64,000 nucleotides of DNA from Candidatus Parcubacteria bacterium (lineage in GTDB: Bacteria; Patescibacteriota; Saccharimonadia; Saccharimonadales; 2-12-FULL-41-12), in assembly GCA_019347895.1 (NCBI GenBank), contig JAHWKM010000001.1, positions 21,924-85,923 on the forward strand, given 5' to 3'. Every line of letters begins with the position of its first letter. Positions within the stretch are counted from its first letter, which is position 1. Below the pieces are notes generated by a model, which was given only the letters and a program-made list of their open reading frames with translations, searched no databases and was not told where the DNA came from. Made by a program: the position numbers and the translations under genes. Below, piece by piece: positions 29,954 to 39,915 of this stretch.

Positions 29954-30090
29954 GCTTCGGATAATAAATATAGCTTAGATGGCTTAATACCGAGTCCTTA
30001 ACTACCGTTTGTAAATTATCCTACTGTGAGATATAGCAACCGCTAGTAAACTCCTGGACATATATTAATTAATGTAAAAAAGGAGTAAAA

Positions 30091-30390
30091 ATGCGACAAT
30101 CCGAAAGCACTGATAAAGCAGCCTATATTACGCTTGGATTAATGATGGGAGCTGCCGCCGGCGTAGCTGCCGGTTTGCTAACAGCCCCCAGAAGCGGGAA
30201 GGACACGCGAGCTCGTATACGTACCCAAGCCATGGACACCCGTGATCTAGCCACAGAGAAAATGAATAGGTCTCTACAGAAGTCAAAAGATATGGCTAGC
30301 AACATTGCCGAGAAGACGAAAACCCGGGCCAGGCGGGCATCCGATAAAGCTAAAACCGAAGCAGATAATTTTGCGCCCGATGAGGTCTAA
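30091..30390 (+). CDS. YtxH domain protein
   Basis: GLLTAPRSGKDTR motif. Confidence 0.85.
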   Translation: MRQSESTDKAAYITLGLMMGAAAGVAAGLLTAPRSGKDTRARIRTQAMDTRDLATEKMNRSLQKSKDMASNIAEKTKTRARRASDKAKTEADNFAPDEV

Positions 30391-30415
30391 ATTGTCCGCC
30401 CTAAGGTGAATAGCC

Positions 30416-30628
30416 ATGGATCTCGAAACTGTATATTATATTATCGCCATTGTTTTTATGGCCCTGATGCTTACCCTAATCTTTCTGCTAGTGGCCGCCG
30501 CGCTCGTAATTAGAGCCAAGATAAATAGACTGCACAGTATGCTGGATGATAAGGCCGGACAAGCCAAGGCTATGGCCGTTAGAGCCATGATCGGTCTCAA
30601 TACCCTAAGATACTTTATTAAAAAGTGA
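30416..30628 (+). CDS. Small membrane protein
   Basis: N-terminal TM; follows the ytxH-like gene. Confidence 0.65.
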   Translation: MDLETVYYIIAIVFMALMLTLIFLLVAAALVIRAKINRLHSMLDDKAGQAKAMAVRAMIGLNTLRYFIKK

Positions 30629-30654
30629 TAATTTGTTTACCTTAGCCAGCGAGA

Positions 30655-31041
30655 CTAAGCATTGCGCAGATTAGTTCGTCTTGGCCTATCTATTTTACCT
30701 TTAGGTTGCTCAAATTTTTCAACTACTATGTAATTTTTTGCAGTGCTCACTATATGTTCAATACTTGGCACCTCATGGCCTGGCAGTATAACAAACTGGC
30801 TGCTATTTTTATGAAGAGCTTCGTATTTGCTTGGCTTCATCCGTATTCTTTTCGTACAATTCTCGTCTGAACATTCACAATAAAAATCTACAAGAGGGTT
30901 TGAATCATTTAGAAGCTCTTTTTGCTCTTGCTGCGTAGCAATTTCTCTAAGTTCCTTGAACCCGTCAGAGACTTTTTTATTTGGTTGCCTGAAATACAGC
31001 TGGTTTTCTGCCAGCCGCTGTTTGGTTATTGAATCATTAAT
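30655..31041 (-). CDS. Hypothetical Cys/His-motif protein; real ORF is longer than the track ORF and has no canonical start (ATT)
   Basis: Open frame INDSITKQRLAENQLYFR...FYCECSDENC...GHEVP; in-frame TAA at 31045-31047. Confidence 0.65.
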   Translation of the reverse strand: MNDSITKQRLAENQLYFRQPNKKVSDGFKELREIATQQEQKELLNDSNPLVDFYCECSDENCTKRIRMKPSKYEALHKNSSQFVILPGHEVPSIEHIVSTAKNYIVVEKFEQPKGKIDRPRRTNLRNA

Positions 31042-31101
31042 AATTTACACCCATTCAATAACCATAATGGGCCTATATCAAGATTCTCACTGTAATAAAT
31101 T

Positions 31102-31689
31102 TCACATGTTTGCAGCAAAGGCTTCGGCAGGAGAGAGGGCGGGGCTAGAAAAGAAGGAATTATGCTGCTTAATTATTGCCCGCTTAGGCCCGGGGTCCAT
31201 GATGAAATGCAGCGCAGGGTAGGCACAGTAAAGAGAAAATGAGCATTTCTCAGCCAATTCATTCCATAGCTCTTCTAGCTGCGTAACAGCTTCTTTATTT
31301 CCTTGCTTCCAAAGCAGGGCTACCATTTCGCCGTAAGCGCGAATAGGCTTGCCGCTCCGAGTTAATTTCTCAATTTGCGAGCCTAATTTTTCATAAAAAA
31401 GCTCTTTGTCCGGCAGGCCGCCCACCATAAAATTGGCCAAGGTTGCTTCTGCGTCAAGAGCAATAAAATGATTATTTTTAAGTAACTCGGTTTTTTCTAA
31501 GCTTGAAATGAGCATCTCCGTGTGTTCCTGGGTAGCGATAACGATGCAAATTTCGTTGGTTTCCAAGCCCTCGCCAACGTATGAAGCAAGACTCTCAATC
31601 AAAAAATTTTTATTAGGATAAAAACCAACAAAGTGCTGAAGTTTTGCAGGGGGTACTTGACTATTTTGACTTTGGGTTTTTTTACTCAC
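31102..31689 (-). CDS. Stand-alone MEDS (DcmR-like sensory) domain protein
   Basis: HFVGFY, RAYGEMVALLW, LEELWNEL and SLYCAY motifs. Confidence 0.85.
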   Translation of the reverse strand: MSKKTQSQNSQVPPAKLQHFVGFYPNKNFLIESLASYVGEGLETNEICIVIATQEHTEMLISSLEKTELLKNNHFIALDAEATLANFMVGGLPDKELFYEKLGSQIEKLTRSGKPIRAYGEMVALLWKQGNKEAVTQLEELWNELAEKCSFSLYCAYPALHFIMDPGPKRAIIKQHNSFFSSPALSPAEAFAANM

Positions 31690-31767
31690 GAATTCAATAG
31701 TATCAAAGAAACCAATTGATTCTGTAAGATTTCTTGCATAATTTAGATTCTAGTTATGGCAGGCGTG

Positions 31768-32745
31768 CTAGCCGCGGTAGACCAAAAAGGTTAGGTAGGC
31801 GATGTATAAAACTACAAAGACAGCGCCTTCCCAGCGGATAAGACGGCGCTTGCCGGCCATGTGCATAAAGATAAAGAGCAAGGCCATAGAACCGACCGAA
31901 ACCAGCACGTCAAAATTAATATCACTAGTGAAAGGCAGCGGAGTAATTACACTGGTAAGGCCGAGTACCCAAAAAACATTAAAAATTATCGAGCCTATAA
32001 TGTTGCCGACCGCAATATCAGAACGCCCTTTTAAGGCCGCAACAATTGATGTCGCCAATTCGGGCAGGGACGTACCGATTGCCACTATGGTGAGGCCAAT
32101 CAATGCTTCGGACAGCCCGGCCGCCGCAGCTATATCAATAGCGCCGTTTACCAATAAGCGGCCGCCGATTACAAGAGCAATTAAACCGCCTACGGTTAAT
32201 CCGGTTGAAGCCAGGTAGGGATAGATCTTAATCTGCTCATCGTCTTGGTTTTTAGCATCGCTGTGGCTGCGTTCGGACTTGGCCATGCCAAAAATATAGT
32301 AGAGAAATATGGCCATCAAGGCCATAAGAGCGATGCCGTCTGTGCGGGTCAGCGCATTGAAGCCGACGCCGTCAAATAAAGCGTCATTACCCATGACAAA
32401 TAACAGCGTAACGCCCAGCAGGGCAAGGGGAATCTCTTTCCAAACAGTCGAGCTTTTGACTTTTAGAGTTCTTATCAGTGCCGTTATGCCCAAAATAAGC
32501 AGAACATTGGCAGTGTTGCTGCCAACGATGTTACCGATAGCCAAATCCGGCGAGTTATTAAGCGCGGACAATACGTTAACCGTCAGTTCAGGCGCCGAAG
32601 TACCAAAAGCTACTACTGTCAGCCCGATAACTAAGGGCGAAACCTTCAGCTTAGCGGCCAGCGACGAAGCGCCGCGCACCAAACCTTCAGCCCCTCCTAT
32701 CAAAATAATCAATCCGGCTGCGATAGCCAGTATGCTCAATACCAT
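31768..32745 (-). CDS. Calcium/sodium antiporter (CaCA, YrbG-like)
   Basis: Two alpha repeats GTSAPE and GTSLPE; GNIVGSN. Confidence 0.92.
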   Translation of the reverse strand: MVLSILAIAAGLIILIGGAEGLVRGASSLAAKLKVSPLVIGLTVVAFGTSAPELTVNVLSALNNSPDLAIGNIVGSNTANVLLILGITALIRTLKVKSSTVWKEIPLALLGVTLLFVMGNDALFDGVGFNALTRTDGIALMALMAIFLYYIFGMAKSERSHSDAKNQDDEQIKIYPYLASTGLTVGGLIALVIGGRLLVNGAIDIAAAAGLSEALIGLTIVAIGTSLPELATSIVAALKGRSDIAVGNIIGSIIFNVFWVLGLTSVITPLPFTSDINFDVLVSVGSMALLFIFMHMAGKRRLIRWEGAVFVVLYIAYLTFLVYRG

Positions 32746-32803
32746 TAATTAATCATATCAAATAAAGACGCCAGCAGATCACTGGCAAATAGAGGTTTTG
32801 AGC

Positions 32804-33052
32804 CTACTTAACCTTGATGTTTTTGCGGGTCATTAAGCGCAAGTTGGCGATGTAGTGCTGGGGATTGGTTGAAGGGTGAGTTCGCAGATAACGTTTATGT
32901 TTTTCAACGAATGAAATTTTATTATCCGGATATAGCTCTCCATTAGCGCTATAGCTGGACTTGGTATGATACCCTTCATCTGTTGCCATTTGCAGAAGGA
33001 CGCGCTCTATATCAGCGCCATCCTCAGTTTCGAAAAAGTCTTGTTTAGCCAC
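32804..33052 (-). CDS. Small conserved hypothetical protein
   Basis: AAGGA SD with GTG start; coherent 82-aa ORF. Confidence 0.65.
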   Translation of the reverse strand: MAKQDFFETEDGADIERVLLQMATDEGYHTKSSYSANGELYPDNKISFVEKHKRYLRTHPSTNPQHYIANLRLMTRKNIKVK

Positions 33053-33097
33053 GTTAATTCCTTTGTAAACAATTATACACTACAGAGGCGGGAATTA

Positions 33098-34306
33098 CTA
33101 ATCAGTTATGAAAGTAAGCGCGTGGCCTATGCGCCCGGCCCGCCCGGCCCGGCCGATACGGTGGATGTAATCATCGTATCCTTTGGGCAGCGAGAAGTTG
33201 ATAACGTGCGTGATATCTACTACGTCAATACCGCGGGCTGCTACATCGGTAGCGACCAAGATAGTGACCTCGCTTTTCTTGAATCTGGACAATGCGCGTT
33301 CGCGGTGGCCCTGAGTTTTGCCGCCGTGTATGGCACCGGCAGAAAAACCGCGCTGTAGCAGCTCGTTGCTCAGGCGCTCCACGTTTCTTTGGGTTTCGTC
33401 AAAAACGATTACCTTTTCCACTTCTTCTTTCAGCAGTATATTATGCAGCTTTTCCATTCTGTCTGAATTGCCGGCGTAGCGGACTACGTTTTGGTGGACA
33501 TTTTCGCTGCCGCCGCTGGATTTTAGCGTGACGGTAAACGGGTCCTTGGTGAACCGGCTGATAAGATTTCGGATTTTCACGTCCATGGTGGCTGAGAAGA
33601 AAAACGACTGGCGGTTTTCGCTCAGCTCATCCAATATAGTCGTCACGTCATGTATGAAGCCCATGTCCAGCATGCGGTCTACCTCGTCTAATACTACAAG
33701 GTTGAATTTTTGCAGTTTTAAGGTACCGCGCTCAATATGGTCTTTGGTCCGGCCGGGCGTACCGATGACTATGCGCGGATTATACTTGAGGTCGCGCAAC
33801 TGGGTTCCCATGCTTGAACCGCCGATCAAAAGCGCGCCGGAAAGGCCGCTGCCCTTGCCCAGTTCACGGCATTCCTGCTCGATTTGCTGGGCTAACTCCC
33901 GGGTAGGGGCGATTATAAGAGCCGCCGAAGTATTGTCAGTGGTCAGCTTTTGAATAATTGGCACGGCGAAGGCCGCGGTTTTGCCGGTGCCGGTGCTGGC
34001 TATGCCGATTACATCTTGGCCCTTAAGCGCTGCCGGAATAGCCTGGTCTTGGATGGGCGAAGGAATTTCATAGCCTTTGGTCGCCAGGTTATCCTTCAGC
34101 CCTTGGCTGATCGCGAAGTCCGTGAAGCTGTGCCTGGGAACGTATTCCTCAGCCAACGTGAGATTAGCCGTTTTTACAAACCGGGCAGGGTCAATATATT
34201 GACCCATAGGCCGGCGGCTGCCTCTGGATTGATTATTCCGGCGGCCGTTGGTTGAAAAGCGCTTTGAAGCGCCAAATTTATTATTAGAACGAAATGTATA
34301 TGACAT
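33098..34306 (-). CDS. DEAD-box RNA helicase (RhlE-like)
   Basis: Q motif, GTGKT, PTRELA, DEVD, SAT and HRIGRAGR. Confidence 0.95.
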   Translation of the reverse strand: MSYTFRSNNKFGASKRFSTNGRRNNQSRGSRRPMGQYIDPARFVKTANLTLAEEYVPRHSFTDFAISQGLKDNLATKGYEIPSPIQDQAIPAALKGQDVIGIASTGTGKTAAFAVPIIQKLTTDNTSAALIIAPTRELAQQIEQECRELGKGSGLSGALLIGGSSMGTQLRDLKYNPRIVIGTPGRTKDHIERGTLKLQKFNLVVLDEVDRMLDMGFIHDVTTILDELSENRQSFFFSATMDVKIRNLISRFTKDPFTVTLKSSGGSENVHQNVVRYAGNSDRMEKLHNILLKEEVEKVIVFDETQRNVERLSNELLQRGFSAGAIHGGKTQGHRERALSRFKKSEVTILVATDVAARGIDVVDITHVINFSLPKGYDDYIHRIGRAGRAGRIGHALTFITD

Positions 34307-34455
34307 TAAAAAATGATCTCCGTGTTGTTTATAGTTATTACTTATTGTCTTTTAGAATGACACCTAAGTAACTTGACCTATAAACCCGGGATCATTGAAA
34401 ACAATTAACTTAATATTAGCATAAAAGAATTTTGCCGTCAAACTTTATTATAATG

Positions 34456-34953
34456 TCAGGTTCTGCTTACGGTATAATTTTGCTCGACTGTGGTTGCCGC
34501 GACTTCGTCCAGCTGCTCCAACAGCCAATCCGCCATCTCTTCTTCCTGGGCGGCGATGCGTTCGCATACTTCCGATATGGTTTTTTCATCGCAGGCCTCG
34601 GCTCCCGCTGCCAGCGCGCTGTAAGCAGCATGTTCGAAATGCTCGCCGGCATGCAGCATAAGCATATTTTTTACGGCTTCGTCCTTATATAGGCCGGTAC
34701 TAATGCCTTCTAAAGCGCCCATAGCCTGAGAAAACCCTGATTTTACGGCGGAAGTTTTTTCGCCCAGGCTTTCGAGACAGCTTTCCACGTCTTCAATTTG
34801 CAGCCTGGTATCCTTCAGGTGCTGGTTCAGCCCGCTTTGAATTTCCGGAAACTCGTCAAAATCTTTAATAAACCGTTCCAGCATTTTTATTTGGGCTTGT
34901 TCCATCGCATAAGCGTCGTTTAACCAAGAAATAAGTAAATTCGTTTTTGCCAT
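34456..34953 (-). CDS. Ferritin-like DUF892 (YciE/YciF) protein
   Basis: WLNDAYAME, EHFE..Y and QEEEMADWL motifs. Confidence 0.88.
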   Translation of the reverse strand: MAKTNLLISWLNDAYAMEQAQIKMLERFIKDFDEFPEIQSGLNQHLKDTRLQIEDVESCLESLGEKTSAVKSGFSQAMGALEGISTGLYKDEAVKNMLMLHAGEHFEHAAYSALAAGAEACDEKTISEVCERIAAQEEEMADWLLEQLDEVAATTVEQNYTVSRT

Positions 34954-35022
34954 TTTGCTGCCTCCTTTGTTAAGTATGCATCTACTTTATCTCGCCGGAC
35001 GGCAGGCCCGCTGTAAGCATTC

Positions 35023-35595
35023 TCACAATTCCTGGCGGGCGGTTTTCATGTGTTTTGCCCAAAATATCAGGCTGGAAAGCTGTTTTTCAAGCTTAGATTC
35101 TTGCCGATCACTAAATTGGTATTCGCCTTTTTCGTCCCTATTGTCCCAGTAGTTCGGTATAAGCATTTGTTCCCTTATATCAAACATATAAAGTTCGCCG
35201 GCAATTCCGCGCAAATGCTCGGTTACCCTGGCGCCTCCGGCCAACGAGCCGTAGCTGACAATAGTCACCGGCTTGTAATTCCACTCGGCAAACAAAAAGT
35301 CCAGGGCGTTTTTAAGAGCCGCCGAAACCGAATGGTTGTATTCAGGGGTAACGAATACAAAGCCGTCGGCGCCCCCGATAATCGAGGCCCATTTTTTAGT
35401 GTGTTCGTTTTGATATTTTCCCTTCGAGGGCGGTATTGGCTCATCCAAAAACGGCAAGTTTATCTCGGCTAAATCAAGCAGCTCTACATTGGCGGATTCT
35501 TTATGTTTCTTGGCTTGTTCGACTACCCAGTTCGCAACCTGTATGTTGAATCTGCCAGGCCGGGTTGATCCGGCTATAACCTTAATATTTACCAT
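35023..35595 (-). CDS. NAD(P)H-dependent FMN reductase (flavodoxin fold)
   Basis: GSTRPGR, TPEYN, LKNALD and SYG motifs. Confidence 0.92.
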   Translation of the reverse strand: MVNIKVIAGSTRPGRFNIQVANWVVEQAKKHKESANVELLDLAEINLPFLDEPIPPSKGKYQNEHTKKWASIIGGADGFVFVTPEYNHSVSAALKNALDFLFAEWNYKPVTIVSYGSLAGGARVTEHLRGIAGELYMFDIREQMLIPNYWDNRDEKGEYQFSDRQESKLEKQLSSLIFWAKHMKTARQEL

Positions 35596-35603
35596 TAATC
35601 TCC

Positions 35604-36539
35604 TTAATTTTTGGTTATTATGACTTTGCCTTTGGGATGTTTTTCTTCGGCATACTTAAATCCTTCGGCGGTTTTATCAAGAGGGAATTGCTTGTCGATC
35701 TGCGCCTTTATAATCCCGCTGTCCGCTAGTTTGGCCAAATGTTTTAACGTAGCCGTGTTGGTCTGGCTTTGCTGTCCGACAGCTCTGACTCTGTATTTTG
35801 ACATTAACTCATCATCAGGCTGCTCAGTCATGGATACGATAATACCGCCTTCCCCCAGCACCTTAAATGAATTTTTATACACCTCGCCCCCTACAGTGTC
35901 GAAAACCGCGTCGTATCCTTTTAATTTTTCTGTAAAATCTTCTTTCTCATAATTTATCACTTCATCGGCACCAAGGCGGCGAACAAATTCCACATCCGCT
36001 TCTCTGGCTGTGGCCGCCACGTAAGCTCCCAAGAATTTGGCATATTGAACGGCTATGGAGCCAATTCCTCCGGCTCCACCTTGAATCAATATTTTTTGCC
36101 CGTTCGCTAATCCGATATGCCCGTCTAGGGCCTGCACTGCGCTGACCCCGACCAGCACCAAGGCCGCCGCTTCTTCAAAGCTGACGCTTTTTGGCTTTTT
36201 AGCAATGCTGGCGGTATTGGCCGCGGCAAACTCGGCAATAGCTCCGGAACCTCCTCCCAAAATGATTGCCGAGCCGTACACTTCATCGCCTGGCTTGTAT
36301 TCATTTACGCCGGCTCCCATGCCGCTAACCACTCCGGAAAAGTCAGCGCCGATCGTCACGGGGAACTGTAGCGAGATCGCGTCTTTCATGTAGCCGCGCC
36401 GAAGTTTCCAGTCAAAAGGATTTATGGCTGCCGCCCGAATCTCCACCAGGACCTGCCCGTCTTTCGGTACCGGTCTGCCCACTTCTTGTATGGCGATTAC
36501 GCCAGCGTCGCCGTATTCGCTATATTGGGCTGCCTTCAC
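35604..36539 (-). CDS. NADP-dependent MDR oxidoreductase (quinone oxidoreductase-like)
   Basis: AINPFDWK, GGAGGIG and LGADEVI motifs. Confidence 0.9.
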   Translation of the reverse strand: MKAAQYSEYGDAGVIAIQEVGRPVPKDGQVLVEIRAAAINPFDWKLRRGYMKDAISLQFPVTIGADFSGVVSGMGAGVNEYKPGDEVYGSAIILGGGSGAIAEFAAANTASIAKKPKSVSFEEAAALVLVGVSAVQALDGHIGLANGQKILIQGGAGGIGSIAVQYAKFLGAYVAATAREADVEFVRRLGADEVINYEKEDFTEKLKGYDAVFDTVGGEVYKNSFKVLGEGGIIVSMTEQPDDELMSKYRVRAVGQQSQTNTATLKHLAKLADSGIIKAQIDKQFPLDKTAEGFKYAEEKHPKGKVIITKN

Positions 36540-36574
36540 GGTAGCTCCTTAATTTTAAATGTTTTTTGATGTCT

Positions 36575-36787
36575 CTAACGCCTGCTCAACAAATAAATAA
36601 TAGCAGTTAGGGCGATGGATAGGAGTATAGAAGTAACAATAGGGAAGAAAAAGGTCATGTTGCCTTTCCGTATCACGATATCGCCCGGCAGTTTGCCGAT
36701 CGCTAACAAGATAATACCAAAAAGCACTAAAACCACGCCGCTTATGATAACTATGCCCGCCAGCATCTTCGATTCATTCATAATCAC
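36575..36787 (-). CDS. DUF2905 family small membrane protein
   Basis: GKLPGDI and FFPIVTSILLS motifs. Confidence 0.85.
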   Translation of the reverse strand: MIMNESKMLAGIVIISGVVLVLFGIILLAIGKLPGDIVIRKGNMTFFFPIVTSILLSIALTAIIYLLSRR

Positions 36788-36891
36788 ATTATGCGGCGAT
36801 TATATGCCCCCTAATATGGCTTTTTTTACAAAAACCTTAAAAGCGAAGCTAGTATTGGTTCATTTAGGTAATTTATGATTAAATAGTGTTA

Positions 36892-37196
36892 ATGAATATG
36901 AATGTCCTTAAACCTGGGTTGAGAGTTGGTGAAGAAGTAGCAAAAAGGTTGTTAACGCTTCGCAAGCGGCGGGTGAAATACTTATACGCGGTAGCTTGTC
37001 TGATGGCGGCCAAAAAACATCAGAGACAGGTGACTTAACTCCAAAAAAGTTTTTATTGCCCGGTGCAGATCTAGTTGATCTTACGCTAGGTAATGCGGCG
37101 GTGGTTTCATCAAACGAAGGTCCTAATCCCGGATATATTACAATAGCAGGCGATTTAGATCCAAATAACCCCACTCAAATCACCCTTTTAGGCTAA
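36892..37196 (+). pseudogene. Possible frameshifted small gene
   Basis: MNMNVLKPG..EEVAK joins the 36996 ORF frame if one A is added to the A5 run at ~36942. Confidence 0.35.
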
Positions 37197-37317
37197 TAAA
37201 CTGGGTATTTGCCGTACAATATAATCCCGCTTACAAGTAAGATGAACGAATTTCAGGCACGGAAATAGTCGCGGTAATTAGCAATCGCTCAGGAACAATA
37301 GATCTGGACAAGTAACT

Positions 37318-38261
37318 TTAGGCCGCCTGTAGTTCCGCGGAAACTAATCTCAAGACCGGCCTTGTCTCTGAAGCAGCCGCTTCTCTCATTGCTCGCATTC
37401 TTTCCCTAAATCTTAAATAATCTTCCGGATAGTCGAGCCTATAGTCTGGCCCTACAGGAACAGGTCTTCTATCGAAAGGATCGCTTAGTCTTTCATGAGG
37501 GTCTAGATAGCTAAATAAATCGGCGCCTTCTTCATCGTCAGGTGATTTCATAAATTTTCTCAAGCTTGCTCTCAGGGTGTCTATTGCATCATGTGGGTTT
37601 TGAGGGAAATATTCTATCGTGGGGGCTGATTTATCCGTATATTTTGTAAGTATACCGATAAAACCATCAACATTTGCAAAAAATGTCCGGCTAATTTCTT
37701 CTCGTGGTCTATCTGGGTCGGTAAGTTCTACTGCCCATGACCAAAGCGTCGTCGGTTCCTTCACAGGGTTATTGACATCCTCTCCGTTTATGGACAAATT
37801 AGGGCATTCATCAAGCCTTGGCTCTAAAACTTCGCCTTCCCGGCGGCATAAATGCTTACGGATGCCATTGGCCGCCTTTCTCCTAGACTTCTAGCACCTA
37901 TAGATCTTTCAATTGCGTTCCTGCCTTCATTTTTACTCAGCCATAGTCCGTTAAACGGCTCAAGCTTTCCTCCTACGGTAGCTAAATCAATCTCATTATT
38001 AGTCAAGAATCCCATCACTTTTGCTGCATTTTGCTGCAGCTCTCTTACTTGCTTCTCTTTTGCTTGTTCTGAAGCCCTTAAATCAATACCATTATTAGTC
38101 AAAGGCTGCTTTTTTGCTTCAGCTGCAGCCTTCAAATCAGCATCATTATTAGTCAAAGCTATCTCTTCTGTTTGCAACTCTCCGTCAGGAATGCCTAATT
38201 CACTTAAGCTCTCTGGGGATGATCCAGGAAAATGAACTAAGTTTCGTTCTTGGAAAGCCAT
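37318..38261 (-). CDS. Orphan protein(s): two ORFs (37824-38261 and 37318-37797), possibly one frameshifted gene, with LTNNxxDL repeats
   Basis: Downstream ORF frame stays open about 90 nt upstream of its TTG and overlaps the end of the first ORF. Confidence 0.5.
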
Positions 38262-38550
38262 TTTTATTTATTTAATTTTCTTGGGCACCTGCCGCTTATT
38301 TTCTATTTTCACCCTTAATTATTTCTTAGTATCTGCCATGATTATACTTATGTCAATCGTTTATTTTATGGTTGTAAAATGTTAGAGTTTATCATTTTTT
38401 GTCAGCATATTATTAGGACCCTCACAGAGGAGAGTAAGCTAGATTTCGCGAAGATAACGAAAGTTATAAAGCGCTTAGTTTTTGATTCTGAACTGCCCTC
38501 TTTGATCTTCTTTTTAGATATACCGTGTAACCTTATGCAGGCTGCTTAAT

Positions 38551-38742
38551 TTATTTTTGCCAGGCTTTTTCGGTTTTATTCATAAAGTGATCGAATGCGG
38601 TTTCCAAACCGTTAATGGCCTCGGCGCTGGTTTCACAGAGAGCGGCGCACTGCGGATCATCCACAATATCTGCGTGCGAGCTTAGTTCCTCCTGCAATTC
38701 CACTAGCTTTCTATGCAGTTCTATTACTTTTTTGTCCACCAT
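38551..38742 (-). CDS. Small conserved hypothetical protein
   Basis: AGAGGAG SD; DPQCAALCETSAE..GL..AF motif. Confidence 0.75.
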   Translation of the reverse strand: MVDKKVIELHRKLVELQEELSSHADIVDDPQCAALCETSAEAINGLETAFDHFMNKTEKAWQK

Positions 38743-38802
38743 AATTTTCTCCTCTACTTAGTTGCAATTACTAATATCCATCCATTAGCGGTTCATGCTT
38801 GG

Positions 38803-38967
38803 CTAGCTATTATCATTCTTTTCAGGCACGTCTTTGCCTTTTTGCCTGGCCTTGCTAAGACCTACGGCCACGGCTTGTTGTTTGTTTTTGAACTTGCCTT
38901 TGTGCTTGTGCTCATGCATGGTTTGCTCTACGTCTTCGCTGGCTTTGGGATCATATTTTCTTGTCAT
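38803..38967 (-). CDS. DUF6496-like small basic protein (below the ORF-track cutoff)
   Basis: MTRKYDPKASEDVEQTMHEHKHKGKFKNKQQAVAVGLSKARQKGKDVPEK; AAAGGA SD. Confidence 0.75.
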   Translation of the reverse strand: MTRKYDPKASEDVEQTMHEHKHKGKFKNKQQAVAVGLSKARQKGKDVPEKNDNS

Positions 38968-39075
38968 AAAAATCCTTTCATTAACACGATTAACAATAGT
39001 TGAATAAGGGATTAAGATCAGTTAGCTTTCTTACAAATTACTTACAGGTAGTGAAATGCCAGGCATTGTAGCGGA

Positions 39076-39495
39076 TTATTTTCTATTTTTTCTCATAATG
39101 CGGACAGCGCTGAGCTGCGAAACGGCAAGGGTGGCGTATAGCACTGTAGCTGCGAATGGTCCGGCTACCCAGGCAGCTGTTTTATCCAGCCATGACGCGA
39201 TAGCAAAAACCGCGGACACCGACACCGTTACCGATAAGATATTCAAGGAATTACCGAGCTGGACTACTTTTTCAGTCTCTTCTTCTTCCCCTCTGAGCAC
39301 AAAGTTGCCAATAAGCTCCAGGATTGAAAATCCCACTGCGGCACTAAGGCTTCCTAGAATTACTTCCATTCCGGACGGCGAACCGGCAGTAGATGCAAGA
39401 GTCGCGGCGCTACCGGTGATAGTTATTGTATAGCCAAACGCCGGGCCATTATCGAATATGGTCCTTTTTATGCTTCTTAAGTATTCACGCGTCAT
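39076..39495 (-). CDS. Hypothetical 4-TM protein
   Basis: AFGYTITIT motif; hydrophobic helices. Confidence 0.7.
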   Translation of the reverse strand: MTREYLRSIKRTIFDNGPAFGYTITITGSAATLASTAGSPSGMEVILGSLSAAVGFSILELIGNFVLRGEEEETEKVVQLGNSLNILSVTVSVSAVFAIASWLDKTAAWVAGPFAATVLYATLAVSQLSAVRIMRKNRK

Positions 39496-39621
39496 AGTTG
39501 GCGCTTAGTATGCCCGCAAAACGGCTGGTTTGTATGTTAATTTTTTAACAACCGTATTCCTCGGCAAATCCGTCTTCTATTAAAAAATTAACAGATTTTT
39601 AATTTTGCCTGTTTATTATTA

Positions 39622-39888
39622 ATGAGTATGGGTGAAGAAAAAAATTTTGAACTGCCAGCGCCTATGTATGCTACCGCTCCGCTGGAAGACTCTGATCCAC
39701 CGGAAGACTCTGGAGCCGCGCCTAATCCATTTGGTGTTCGTGCAGAAGGAGAACCTCCAGCCGCTCCACCGGAAATCCATCCCCTGCCAGGCCACGATGG
39801 CGAGGCAGGAGATGTGTATGTGACTGCTGTTGACTACCCGCTTGGACCCGAAGACGAGTCTAGTCAAGGTTCCGGCTCCACCGGTTAG
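39622..39888 (+). CDS. Acidic Pro-rich hypothetical protein
   Basis: 88-aa ORF after an AT-rich promoter-like region. Confidence 0.5.
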   Translation: MSMGEEKNFELPAPMYATAPLEDSDPPEDSGAAPNPFGVRAEGEPPAAPPEIHPLPGHDGEAGDVYVTAVDYPLGPEDESSQGSGSTG

Positions 39889-39915
39889 ACTCAAGCCGTT
39901 AGAAACTCTTTACTG

